A DNA stretch of 64,000 bases from Octopus vulgaris (Eukaryota). The stretch covers positions 139,810,001 through 139,874,000 of the forward strand of contig OX597815.1 in the NCBI GenBank assembly GCA_951406725.2, read 5' to 3'. Position 1 is the first letter of the stretch, and each line of letters starts with the position of its first letter. The notes below the pieces were generated by a model. It did no database searches and was not told the origin of the DNA. It was given only the letters and a program-made list of their open reading frames with translations. Below are positions 40,783-51,766 of the stretch, piece by piece. The translations under genes were made by a program, and so were the position numbers.

Positions 40783-43700
40783 ATCATCATCATCATCATT
40801 TAGCGTCCGTTTTCCATGCTAGCATGGGTTGGACGGTTCAACTGGGGTCTGTGAAGCCGGAAGGCTGCATCAGGCCCAGTGAGATCTGGCAGTGTTTCTA
40901 CGGCTGGATGCCCTTCCTAATGCCAACCACTCCGTGAGTGTAGTGGGTGCTTTTTACGTGCCACCCGCACAGGTGCCAGACGGAGCTGGCAAATGGCCAT
41001 GAACGGATGGTGCTTTTACGTGCCACCGGCACGGGGGCCAGGCGGGGCTGGCAACGGACATGAACGGATGGTGCTTTTACGGGAGCCAGGTGAGGCTGGC
41101 AACGGACACGAGCGGATGGTGCTTTTACGTGCCACCGGCACGGGGGCCAGGCTAGGCTGGCAGCGGACACGAACGGATGGTGCTTTTACGTGCCACCGGC
41201 ACAGAGGCCAGATGGGGCGGCGCCGGCAATGACCACGATCGGATGGTTCGCTTAACCACAGCTGCAACTTCCACTGATGTTGATCGACCTCAATTTTGGT
41301 TCTGCTTTCTGATATCTGATTTGATTTGGTTTGATTTTGATTTTGATTCTGACTGTTCTCACTGGTCTTGCCGGGTCTTCTCACACACAGCATACTTCCA
41401 TAGGTCTCGGTCTCTAGTCATTTCCTTGGTGAGACCTAAAGTTCGAAGGTCATGCTTCACCACCTAGTCCCAGGTTTTCCTGGGTCTACCTCTTTCACAG
41501 GTCCCCTCAACTGCCAGGGTGTGGCACTTTTTCACACACCTATCTTCATCCATTCTCGCCACATGACCATACCAGCGCAATCGTCTCTCTTGCACACAAC
41601 AACTGATGCTTCTTAGGTCCAACTTTTCTCTCAAGGTACTTACACTCTATCGATTATGAACACTGACATTACACATCTGTCGGAGCATACTAGCTTCATT
41701 TCTTGCGAGCTTACGCAAATCCTCAGCTGTCACAGCCCAAGTTTCACTACCATGTAGCAATGCTGTACATACACATGCATCATACAGTCTGCCTTTTACT
41801 TTGAGCGAGAGGCCTTTTGTCACCAGCAGGAGTAAGAGCTCTCTAAACTTTGCCCAGGCTATTCTTACTCTAGCAGTTACACTTTCAGTGCACCCGCCCC
41901 CGCTACTGACTTGGTCACCTAGGTAGCGGAAGCTATCAACTACTTCTAGTTTTTCTCCCTGGAACGTGATAGAAGTTGGTCTCTGCATATTTTCAGAGTT
42001 TATTGCTCCTGAGCATCTGCCACAGATAAAACTATTTTCCTAGTTAGTCTTCCTTTGACATTACTACATCTCTTATGTGTCCATAGCTTACATTTGGTGC
42101 ATCTTATAGAGTTTCTACCTACGCCTTTTCTACAGATCGAGCAGGGCCATCTACCTGAAGGCGTTTGTGATTGGTCTACCTTCCTACTTATTAGGACTGT
42201 GGTTTTGGCTAGATTGATTCTAAGGCCCTTCAATTCTAAACCTTGCTTCCACACCTGAAACTTCTCCTCCAGTTCTGATAGAGACTCAGCAATTAGAGCA
42301 AGGTCATCAGCATAGAGGAGCTCCCAGGGGCATCCTGTCTTGAATTCCTCCGTTATTGCCTGGAGGACTATGATAAATAGGAGGGGACTGAGGACTGAAC
42401 CTTGGTGGATCCCTACCTCTACCCTGAATTCTTCACTGTACTCGATGCCAACCCTCACCTTACTAGCAGCGTCTCTGTACATGGCTTGTACAGCTCTCAC
42501 TAACCATTCATCTATCCTTAGTTTCCTCATTGACCACCAGATAAGGGATCGGGGGACCCTGTCGAAGGCTTTCTCCATATCAACAAAAGCCAGGTATAGG
42601 GGCTTGTCTTTGGCTAGGTATTTCTCCTGCAGCTGTCTTACCAGGAAGATAGCATCAGTAGTACTTTTCCCTGGCACGAACCCAAACTGCATCTCATCTA
42701 ACTCTCTCTCTATTTAGTTGGGCTATAACCCTCTCCGTAACCTTCATTACCTGATCCAGCAGCTTGATACCCCTGTAGTTATTTGTATCTAGGGCGTCAC
42801 CTTTACCTTTGTAGCAGTTGACTATTATGCTGCTACACCAGTCATTGGGTATGACTCCTTCGTGTATCACCTGGTTAACTATATGGGTGACTAGGCTATA
42901 GCCGACACTACCAGATATTTTGAACATCTCTGCAGTAATTCCTGATGGGCCTGGGGCTTTCCATGTTTTCATGCTTGTAATTGCCTTAACTACTAAGGAA
43001 CTGTCAACTCAAATTGCTGGTCCCTCTGTTGGGTCAACATTCGGATGACTCTCTTTATCCCATTCATTTTCCTCATTCAGCAACCTTTCATAGTGGCGTC
43101 TCCAAACCTCTCTCTTTGCATCCTCATTTAGCGCAAGTGAGCCGTCATCCATGCAAACACATTTTTCTCCAACCACGTCACGATTCTCTCTCACACACTG
43201 TCTTGCTATACGAAATACCTCAAGTCTTTCATCCTCACGGCGCAGGACATTGGCAAATTTTTTCTTATCTGCTTCCCCTCTGGCTAAATACACCTGCCTC
43301 CTAGCTTCCCTTCTGGCAGTCTGATACACTTCCCTGCTACCACCGTTCTTCCAGTCCTTCCAAGCCTGTTTCCTTTGTCTCATAGCCCTGTCAACAATAT
43401 TGTTCCACCACCACGTTATTTTGGGTCTTGAGGGGACTTTGCACCAGCCACAGATCTGGTCAGTGGCTTTCAGCAGGTTGTCCCTCAGAAGCGTCCAGTT
43501 GTCTTCTACCCCATGTGTAGCTATACCCCTTCTATTTCGTCAAAGGCTTCAAGTAACATGTCTCTAAATCTCTGTCCATTCGCAGGGTCTTTAAGCTTCC
43601 AGACCCTTCTTCTCCATGCTGGTCGTCTTCTAGTCGTCCTCTTAGTCCTGATCCTAAAGTCACTAACTACCAGTCTATGTTGTGGGGTGCATTCTTCGCC

Positions 43701-44449
43701 TGGGAAGGTTTTGGCATTTATAAGCAGCCATCTTTCCCTTTTTCTGGCAAGGATGTAGTCGATTTGGCTAGTATGCCGGCCCGATCGGTAGGTGACTAGG
43801 TGGCTTGTCAGTTTCCTGAAGTTAGTGTTGCAAACCATAAGACTATTCGCATCGCAGAACTCCAGCAGCCTGGTTCCCTCCTCGTTGCGGGAACCATAAC
43901 CGTAGCCTCCATGTACGCCATGGAAGCCCCCAGCATGTCATCCAACATGCCCATTGAAGTCACCAGCCACAAAGAGAAGGTCCCTGTCATTCGTCAATGA
44001 GGTGGTCTGCAGTAGGGTGTCATAGAAACTGTCTTTCTGTCCATCGGGTAGCCCTGGCTGAGGGGCATAGGCCGATATAATAGTTGCTAATCTATGATGA
44101 AGCACTATTCTAATCTTAAGTATTCTGTCACTTACTCTGATTACCTCAAGTACATTATCTACCAATTTTTCAGCGAGAAGTATACCCACGCCTCCAACCC
44201 CATCAGTGTTTCCTGCCCAGAAAATCTTGTACCTGTGTCCTTTGCCTGTGAGGAACCTAGCAGAACCGCCTCTCCACCTTACTTCTTGGATGCAACAGAT
44301 ATCAACTCGTCTCCGTTCAAGCATTTCAACAATCTCACCAGACCTACCTTTCAGTGTGCCTACATTGAGAGTGCCAACCCTGAGGGTGTGGAAGGTATGG
44401 GCCCTAGAAGCCCAGGGACGGGGAGCAGTGGCGTCATGTACCTGAAAAG
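40783..44449 (-). mobile_element. Near full-length RTE-clade LINE: APE endonuclease and RT with internal PHD-type finger, tandem-repeat 3' UTR, (GAT)n tail; ORF ~44441-41359 is disrupted
   Basis: EN motifs GTLNVGTL, CIQEVRW, SAYAPQ, GDFNGHVG, SQIDYIL and QHRLVV. RT motifs KAPGPSG, QFGF, FVDMEKAFDRV, GIHQGSVLSPLLF, LLYADDL and FRYLG. Frameshifts and stops split it into several ORFs; both ends abut (TA)n. Confidence 0.95.
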
Positions 44450-44476
44450 ATATATATATATATATATATATATATA

Positions 44477-44635
44477 CTTTATTTAAAAGCAGCAGAAATA
44501 TAACAAAAGCTGTTACTCAGAGTTTCACATTCCCGTTCGTCGGACAGTTTTTTTTTTAACAAAACTGTCTGACGAACGGGTACGTGAAACTCTGAGTAAC
44601 AGCTTTTGTTATATTTCTGCTGCTTTTAAATAAAG
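44477..44635. repeat. Long inverted repeat with a hammerhead motif in each arm (second copy at 39815-39972)
   Basis: ~75-bp arms around a poly-T loop; right arm has an intact core, left arm (minus strand) has CCGACGA. Confidence 0.9.
44561..44608 (+). ncRNA. Minimal type I hammerhead ribozyme (Penelope-type)
   Basis: aaaactgt-CTGACGA-acg(ggta)cgt-GAAA-ctc(t)gag-TA^acagctttt: stem I ctgt/acag, 3-bp stem II, near-palindromic stem III; predicted cleavage after 44598. Confidence 0.75.
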
Positions 44636-45615
44636 CATATTACTCTACCTCTGGTATTTGAGTACTCTTTTTTCCACCTTGTTTCACATTTATGTGCTTA
44701 CTCTGGTATATATATATATATCCCTCTCTCTCTCTCTTTCGAAGAGGCACTGAGCACCTACACGCACATATACACACACAGCAGTAACTTCCGCCTACCG
44801 AATTCAATCACAAAGATATCTGCCCAAAGTGCCACGCAGTGGGACTGAACCCGAAACCATGTAGCTAGGAAGCAAGCTCCCTAACCACACGGCCATGCCC
44901 GCGCCTACTCCATGCCCACGCCTACCCATGCCCAATATATATATTTTTAAATAAGGATAATATCGATCTTATCTAGTGGCCAGCATGGGAATAAATACCA
45001 TACAAAGGTAATAATTATTTAAACTATAAATTAGGGTATCTGAAATAGCAGTCAAAACCTTGACCCTAAAACCACCTTAAGTGTTCATATCTCGCCAGGA
45101 GAGAAGACAGAAAGGCAAAATAAACTAGCAAAAAAGATTTTACTGGATAACTCAAGATCCTGGATTTCTGGATTTGCTTCAGAGAAGCTCTGCCTTCTTC
45201 AGTTGAATATACCAGAAAGCACATAAATACAGATACATATATATACAGAACATACGTTATACTTACATATACGAATGCCTATACATACATATATATGCAC
45301 GTATGCACAAGACCGGCCTAAATTACCCATATATATATATATATATAAAATTGTTGCTTGGTTGATTTCTCTGGGCTCACTTTACATTGTAGAGTGAGAA
45401 AATGAGAAAGAATAAATGAAAGATGAGGGTTTGCTAGGAGACATTGAGTAAAAGAACACTACATACATGTGACGAGAGATAAAAATTTATAGAGGAGGTG
45501 GAAATGACAGTATAGTTATAACAGATAAATAGATGCATGTATAAACTGAAAGATGTAAGTTATTGTGACAGACTACTCAGTTAAAATAATCCAAATTGCG
45601 CATATGCAATTTTTA

Positions 45616-45908
45616 GACTATGTTCTTCATCAGAATAGGGTATCGAGTGGAAAGATAAGGAGAGGAAAAAACTAATAAAAGGAGCAATGGAAGCGAAATG
45701 CTTTCATGGAATTTGTCTCAACAGTGACAGTTAAGACTGTATATATTTTGGACTGATGGGTATATGTATATACATAGATGATGGCCATCCTCTCATGACT
45801 GAGGAAGAGCATTGCTCACCTTTAGGAACATTATGCGCTCTAGGACTAACTTATATTTTGCATTTGCAGCTCCATTGGTGGCTAATGAGCCCTGCTCTTG
45901 ACAAACAT
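45616..45908 (+). repeat. Dispersed ~290-bp duplicate of 38651-38928
   Basis: Near-identical sequence from gactatgttcttcatcag to cttgacaaacat, with a 15-bp indel. Confidence 0.9.
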
Positions 45909-45924
45909 ACCGAATTGGTTGTGA

Positions 45925-46212
45925 ATGACCATGGGATTACACCTAGAAAGTTACCTTCCAAGCAGGATTGTTTATGGGAGATCAGTAGTCACCCATGCAT
46001 ACCAGCCTCCCCACTCCATGCCGCTGATGTTATCCAAGAGAAAGGCATAGGCTTATACAGCTTGGCACCTGTGACATCACAATTCATTTCTACAGCTGAG
46101 TGAACTGGAAGAACATGAAATAAAGTGTCTTGCTCAAGAATACAACACACAGCCCAGTCCGGGAATCGAACTCACTACCTGTCACTCTAACCACTGAGCC
46201 ATGCACCATCAC
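45925..46212 (-). mobile_element. SINE family C (Meta-like)
   Basis: Reverse of the 11355-11645 family, including a tRNA-like head (gagttcgattcccgg). Confidence 0.75.
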
Positions 46213-46963
46213 TATGCATAAGTATATGCTGTGTAACTGGGTATACATATTTTTAGGGAAAATATATTTTCAGTTTATTTCTGTGGGCTTATTCAAAAAG
46301 TAAAAAAAAAGAAATAACTAAAAGCAAAATTACTATATATGTTGATTTTATATTAAATCTATTGAATTCCTGCACACAATCACTCACCATCGCTTTCTCT
46401 CTCATGAGACACAACTTAAGAATTTTTCACTTTCCTTCTAGATTTATATGTACGAAACATCAATATTATGTTATTATGTAATTTATGTTCTCAAATATGC
46501 GTTTCTGTAAAATATCACGTAAAAATATACATTTTGATATGAATTACAAGGAAAGAAAATCAGAAAAGAGACTATCATCTGAAATTCCTCCAAGAAAAAT
46601 TATTTTAATGCTAACAATATAACTATAATGCACCCAATGGAAAATGTACATCTAGATATTTCCTTTAAAGGAATATGTGCTTTTAGGATAGTTATGAGGA
46701 AATAAATTTCTTGGATTACTAAACTGTAGATATGTCATACATTCTTTTATCTTTTTTTTTATTTTGCTTGTTTCAGTCTTTTGGTTGTGGCCATGCTGGA
46801 GCACCACTTTAAAGGGTTTTAACTGAAAAAAATATCAACCTCAAGACATATTCTTTGTAAGCGTGATACTTATTCTATCAGTCTCTGTTGCCAAGCTGCA
46901 AAGTTATGGGGACATAAACACACCACCATCGGTTGTCAGGTGATGGCAGGGATACACACACAC

Positions 46964-47009
<46 letters not shown>

Positions 47010-47300
47010 TCGAGCGAGGTTGTTGCCAGTGCCGCTGGATTGGCTCCTGTGCAGGTGGCACACAAAAAGCACAATTTGAGGGTGGCTATTGACAGTACCG
47101 CCTAACTAGCCCTTGTGCTGGTGGCATGTAAAAGTACCCACAACACTCTCAGAATGGTTGGTGTTCGGAAGGGCATCCAGCTGTAGAAACTCTGCCAGAT
47201 CAAATTGGAGTCTGGTGCAGCCATCTGGTTCGCCGGACCTCAGTCAAGTCGTCCAACCCATGCTATCATGGAAAGCAGACGTTAAATGATGATGATGATA
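47010..47300 (+). mobile_element. RTE 3' fragment inserted in (TA)n
   Basis: ggtggcatgtaaaagtaccc...gaagggcatccagctgtagaaac...gttaaatgatgatgat. Confidence 0.85.
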
Positions 47301-47330
47301 TTTATTTATATATATGTGCGTGTGTATGTA

Positions 47331-48045
47331 TCATCAACATCATCGTTTAATGTCCGCTTTCCATGCTAGCATGGGTTGGACGGTTTAACTGGGGTCTGGG
47401 AAGCCAGAAGGCTGCGCCAGGCCCAGTCTGATCTGGCAGTGTTTCTACAGCTGGATGCCCTTCCTAACGCCAACCATTCCGTGAGCGTAGTGGGTGCTTT
47501 TTACGTGCCACCAGCACAGGTGCCAGATGAGGCTGGCAAATGGCCATGATCGGATGGTGCTTTTTATGTGCCACCGGCACGGAGACCAGACGAAGCTGGC
47601 AACGGCCACGATCGGATGGTGCTTTTTACGTGTCACCGGCACGGAGGCCAGTCAGGGCAGCGCTGGCTACAGCCACTTTCGGATGGTTCTCTTACATGCC
47701 ACCGGCACTGGTATCACAGCTACAAATTCCATTGATGTTGATGGATTGCAATTTTGATTTTGATTTTCACTTGCCTCAACATGTCTTCACAAGTGGAGTT
47801 TTGTGTCCCAAGAAGGAAAGGAATGCATAAGTGGGCTGGCTACATCCCAGGTAGAGGCCACGGGATTATGGCCTCACTTGTCCTGTCGGATCTTCTAATG
47901 CACAGCATACTTCCAAAGGTCTCGGTCTCTAGTCATTTCCTTGGTGAAACCTAAAGTTCGAAGGTCGTGCTTCACCACCTCGTCCCAGGTTTTCCTGGGT
48001 TTATCTCTTCCACAGGTTCCCTCAACCACTAGAGTGTGGCACTTT
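47331..48045 (-). mobile_element. 5'-truncated RTE copy (3' UTR plus ORF end)
   Basis: Colinear with 40783-41530. Confidence 0.9.
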
Positions 48046-48462
48046 ATGTTTATATATACATATATATATATAGGTGTTGTTGTACATATCCAACTATATC
48101 AATAACAAACACATGCTTGAGAGCTTTATGTAGTGTATCAGATATGTGCAAAGCCAAGAGTTAAATATCTGCATCACAGAACACAGTTAGGCAAGCACAT
48201 CATTTGGATGACAGCTGAAGAAATAGAGTACTCAGGGTTTTATGATTACCTTCAAAGCAAAAGATTATAATATTGGTAATTTGTGGATCAAGGATGACTT
48301 TCTCATAAATAAACTGAAGCTATTGATCAGGAACAAATGAGAGTTATTTGAGGCAAATTGGTCATTGTAACAATACATTTCTGCATGTCACAACTCCCCT
48401 TCTGTTCATTATTTACACTATTTACATTTGATGGATATTTGTCCTCATCTTATTTGTTGTTA

Positions 48463-48506
48463 ACACAACGTTTCAGCTGATATACCCTCCAGCCTTCAAC
48501 AGGTGT
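48463..48506 (-). ncRNA. Minimal hammerhead ribozyme of the Penelope pLTR (core mutated to CTGTTGA)
   Basis: acac-CTGTTGA-aggctgga(gggtata)tcagct-GAAA-CG-TT^gtgt; stem I acac/gtgt and loopless palindromic stem III (AACGTT). Confidence 0.65.
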
Positions 48507-48576
48507 CTTGGGGAAATTTCGAACCTGGCTTCTCATTCCTAAAGGTATTTTTCGATATTATCATTATTATTATTCA

Positions 48577-48649
48577 GGTCACTGCCTGGAATCGAACTCG
48601 GAATCTTAGGGTTAGTAGCCCACGCTCTTGAGCACTACCCCATATGCCC
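48577..48649 (-). other. tRNA-like Pol III cassette in the Penelope 3' region
   Basis: GGGCATATGGGGTAGTGCTCAAGAGCGTGGGCTACTAACCCTAAGATTCCGAGTTCGATTCCAGGCAGTGACC: A box-like segment, anticodon-like arm GGG-CTACTAA-CCC and B box GTTCGATTCC. Confidence 0.6.
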
Positions 48650-49926
48650 ATGGGCAATTATGGAGTGAATTTTTAGGGCTTATAAATCTAATATTTTCCT
48701 ATCATTCCTTAATACCAGTTCCCATATGCTATTCAGTTTGCTTAGGAGGTTGTTGTGTCCTAGCATATGTGCTGCTTCTTTTAGTTTCAGTAGTTTCCAG
48801 TGGTCTTCTCTGTCTATTATTTTAACTTCATCCCACAGGGGGAGGTGGTCTCCATTTTTCCATACATGATCAGCTATACCCGATTTATCAATATCTCCTC
48901 GTGTCACAGCTTTGCAATGTTCATCTACCTTTATTTTGAGGGGACAGCATGTTTCACCTTTGTATATAATCTACCACAGCTGCATGGGATGGAATGCACG
49001 CAGTTTTCGGTCATATTCTCCTCAAAGGCTATATTTGCAAAGTGTATTACTCTTGAATACTGACCTGATGTCATATGGGCTGCATATCTTTTGTATCTTT
49101 TCAGAGAGGCCTTCCACATAGGGTAGACAGACCGTTTATTGGTTTCATCCTCTCCTTTCTTCATAATTGGAGTGGATAGTATGTTTTTGGGGTAGTTGTT
49201 GCTTAATAGATTGTTACTGAGCTTGATCATTTCTTCGTGGTGGGTATCACGATCACTGCTACTATTATTTGCTTGATGTTTTAGGCACTGAGCAATCCCT
49301 CTCTCTACACAGTATGGATGGTGGGAATTGAAGTTGAGGTATCTTCCAGTGAATGTCGGCTTGCGGTATACGGATGTCCTGAATCCATACTTGGTGCCTG
49401 TTATTAATACAACCAGAAATGCTAGCTGATTGTCTTTTTCCTTTTCCATTGTCAACAGTATAGATGGCTTTATTGGGTTCACATAATCTAACAGCACTTG
49501 GTCATCTTCCTGGTGGGGCCAGAGTATAAAGGTGTCATCAACATATCACAGCCATAGGGTTGGTTTTAGTGGTGTTGATCCTAAAGCCAAATTCTCAAAG
49601 TATTCCATGAATATATTGGCTATCATTGGTGATAATGGGGAGCCCATAGCTAAACCCACTTCTTGTCAATATACATCAGTGTCCATACTGAAACGTGTTA
49701 ACAACAAACAAGATGAAGACAAATATCCGTCAAATGTAAATAATGTAAATAATATAAATAATGTACATAATTCCTCATCTCTTAAATATAGAACCCATTC
49801 TGTTGTTTTGTTTTGTCTTCATTATTTCTAATTTTACTCCAGTTTCAATTTGTACTTCACTAGCTTTTGAACAATTTCATTCTTAATTCTAAATACACAC
49901 ACACACACATTTATATACATACACAT

Positions 49927-50320
49927 AGGTGCAGACATGGCTGTGTGGTGAGAAGTTTGCTTCCCAACCACATGGTTCTGGGTTTAGTCCCACTGAGTGG
50001 CACCTTGCACAAACATCTTCTAGTATAGCCTTATACAAGCCAAAGCCTAGTGAGTGGATTTGGTAGATGGAAACTGAAAAAAGCCTGTCAAATGTGTGTG
50101 TGTGTATGTTTGTGTTTGTATTTGTCCCCACCCACAGCCTGATAACTGGTGTTGGTTTGTTTACATCCCCATAACTTAGAGGTTTGGATAACAAAAAAAA
50201 CCCAGATAGAATGAGTACCAGGCTTAAAAATAAGTCCTAGGTCAATGTGTTGAACTATTCCCTTCAAGGTGGTGTCGCTGCATGTCTGCAGTCTAAAGGA
50301 TGAAGCAAGTAAAAGAATAC
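49927..50320 (+). mobile_element. SINE family A
   Basis: Same architecture as 28773-29165. Confidence 0.85.
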
Positions 50321-50685
50321 ATACATACATCATTCCTAATCATCGTTTAGCATCTGCTTTCCATGCTGGCATGTGTTGGACAGTTTGATTGAAACTGGTA
50401 AGCTGGTGAACTGTACCAGGTTCCACTCTAATTTGGCTTTATTTCTACTGTTAGATGCCCTTCCTAACACCAACTACTCCAAGAGTATAATGGGTGCTTT
50501 TACATGCTACCGGCACAGGTGCCAGTTACGTGACACTGGCACTGACCACATACACACACACATGTATATATACATGTTTGTGTGTGTGTGTGTGTATATA
50601 TATATAGATTATTTTATTTATTAGGGAATAAAAAATTCCGGCTGTCACAGGGATTCAAATAAAATAAATTATTCTCGATAAGGAA

Positions 50686-51166
50686 ATATATGTTATTTAG
50701 AGAAAGAAGTCCCCATGCAATTCATCAAATCCTAATATACATCACACCATATCATAGAATTTTATTTTAATAATTACTATTCAGTTCTAAATTTCTCTGC
50801 TACACGTGTTTCATGAGGTGCGTTTAATGTTCCTTATATACAGTCTTAAACGCAACCCCAATCATCAGGCCTCTTGATAACTTTATTATAATTCAATACC
50901 AATTTCTATATTTTAATATTTTAACAGTTACGAATGTAATTAACAGACAAATATGCGCGTGTGCAAATAAATTCATCGAACCTTGCTGTGTAAGCCATAA
51001 CTTAGATAGCGTGTATAAGGAACGTTAAATGCGGCTCATGAAACACGCGTTGCAGAGAAATTTAGAAATGATTAGTAAGTATTAAAATAAAATACTATTA
51101 TATGGTGTGATGTATATTAGGATTTGATGAATTGCATGGGGACTTCTATCTCTAAATAACATATAT
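50686..51166. repeat. Long imperfect inverted repeat (~155-bp arms) containing a hammerhead
   Basis: 50686-50842 versus 51010-51166, e.g. gaagtccccatgcaattcatcaaatcctaatatacatcacaccatat / atatggtgtgatgtatattaggatttgatgaattgcatggggacttc. Confidence 0.9.
50797..50872 (-). ncRNA. Hammerhead ribozyme with extended stem II
   Basis: gc-CTGATGA-t-tggggttgcgtttaa...ttaaacgcacctca-t-GAAA-CACGTG-TA^gc: ~14-bp stem II and palindromic stem III, but only a 2-bp stem I. Confidence 0.65.
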
Positions 51167-51514
51167 CGAATTGAACCAGCCAGGATCCCTGGTCTGGTGG
51201 TACGTAAAAAGCACTATCCGACTCGTGGCCGATGCCAGTGCCACCTCGACTGGCTTCCGTGCCGGTGGCACATAAAATACACCAATCCGACCGTGGCCGT
51301 TGCCAGCCTCGCCTGGCACCTGTGCTGGTGGCACGTAAAAAGCACCCACTACACTCACGGAGTGGTTGGCGTTAGGAAGGGCATCCAGCTGTAGAAACAT
51401 TGCCAGATAAGACTGGAGCCTGGTGCAGCCTTCTGGCTTCCCAGATCCCCGGTCGAACCGTCCAACCCATGCTAGCATGAAGAACGGACGTTAAACGATG
51501 ATGATGATGATGAT
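51167..51514 (+). mobile_element. RTE 3' fragment with tandem 3' UTR modules and (GAT)n tail
   Basis: Three ggtggcacgtaaaaagcac-like modules, then gttaggaagggcatccagc...aaacgatgatgat followed by (TA)n. Confidence 0.85.
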
Positions 51515-51532
51515 ATATATATATATATATAT

Positions 51533-51766
51533 ATATGTATCAAATGAAATAAAAAACAGGACACAATGGATGTCGCGGTACACATGTTTCGAACTTTATA
51601 AAACAATTTATTCTTACATCAATGTATAATCGACATAACAGATAGTTTAAAGCCAATAGTTTATGTCGATTATACATTGATGTAAGAATAAGTTGTTTTA
51701 TAAAGCTCGAAACGTGTACCGCGACACCCTATGTGTTCTGTTTTTTATTTCATTTGATACATATAT
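51533..51766. repeat. Long inverted repeat (~105-bp arms), Penelope-terminus-like
   Basis: Arms 51533-51638 and 51661-51766; each contains CGAAAC..GTGTA (3' half of a hammerhead), with the 5' core degenerate. Confidence 0.85.

Larger units (their letters stand above)
39159..44720 (+). repeat. Tandem ~0.9-kb duplication: copy A 39159-40050; copy B 40198-40782 plus 44450-44720, split by the LINE
   Basis: Colinear near-identity of the BovB fragment, hairpin 1, spacer, (TA)n, hairpin 2 and tail in both copies. Confidence 0.9.
48410..49790 (-). mobile_element. 5'-truncated Penelope-like element (RT plus GIY-YIG) with pLTR and inverted terminal copy
   Basis: RT: GLAMGSPLSPMIANIFMEYFE...YVDDTF...LTMEKEKDNQLAFL...VYRKPTFTGRYLNFNSHHP. 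GIY-YIG: CVHSIPCSCGRLY...KSGIADHVW...KLKEA. 48410-48475 is inverted at 49688-49750. Confidence 0.9.

Noticed and set aside
40930-41250. Repeat-spacer pattern resembling a CRISPR array
   Set aside because: It lies in a LINE 3' UTR in eukaryotic DNA, the spacers resemble each other, and there are no cas genes.
48577-48649. Functional tRNA gene (also the SINE heads at 28773, 49927 and 61828)
   Set aside because: Acceptor and T stems do not pair properly; these are tRNA-derived, not tRNAs.
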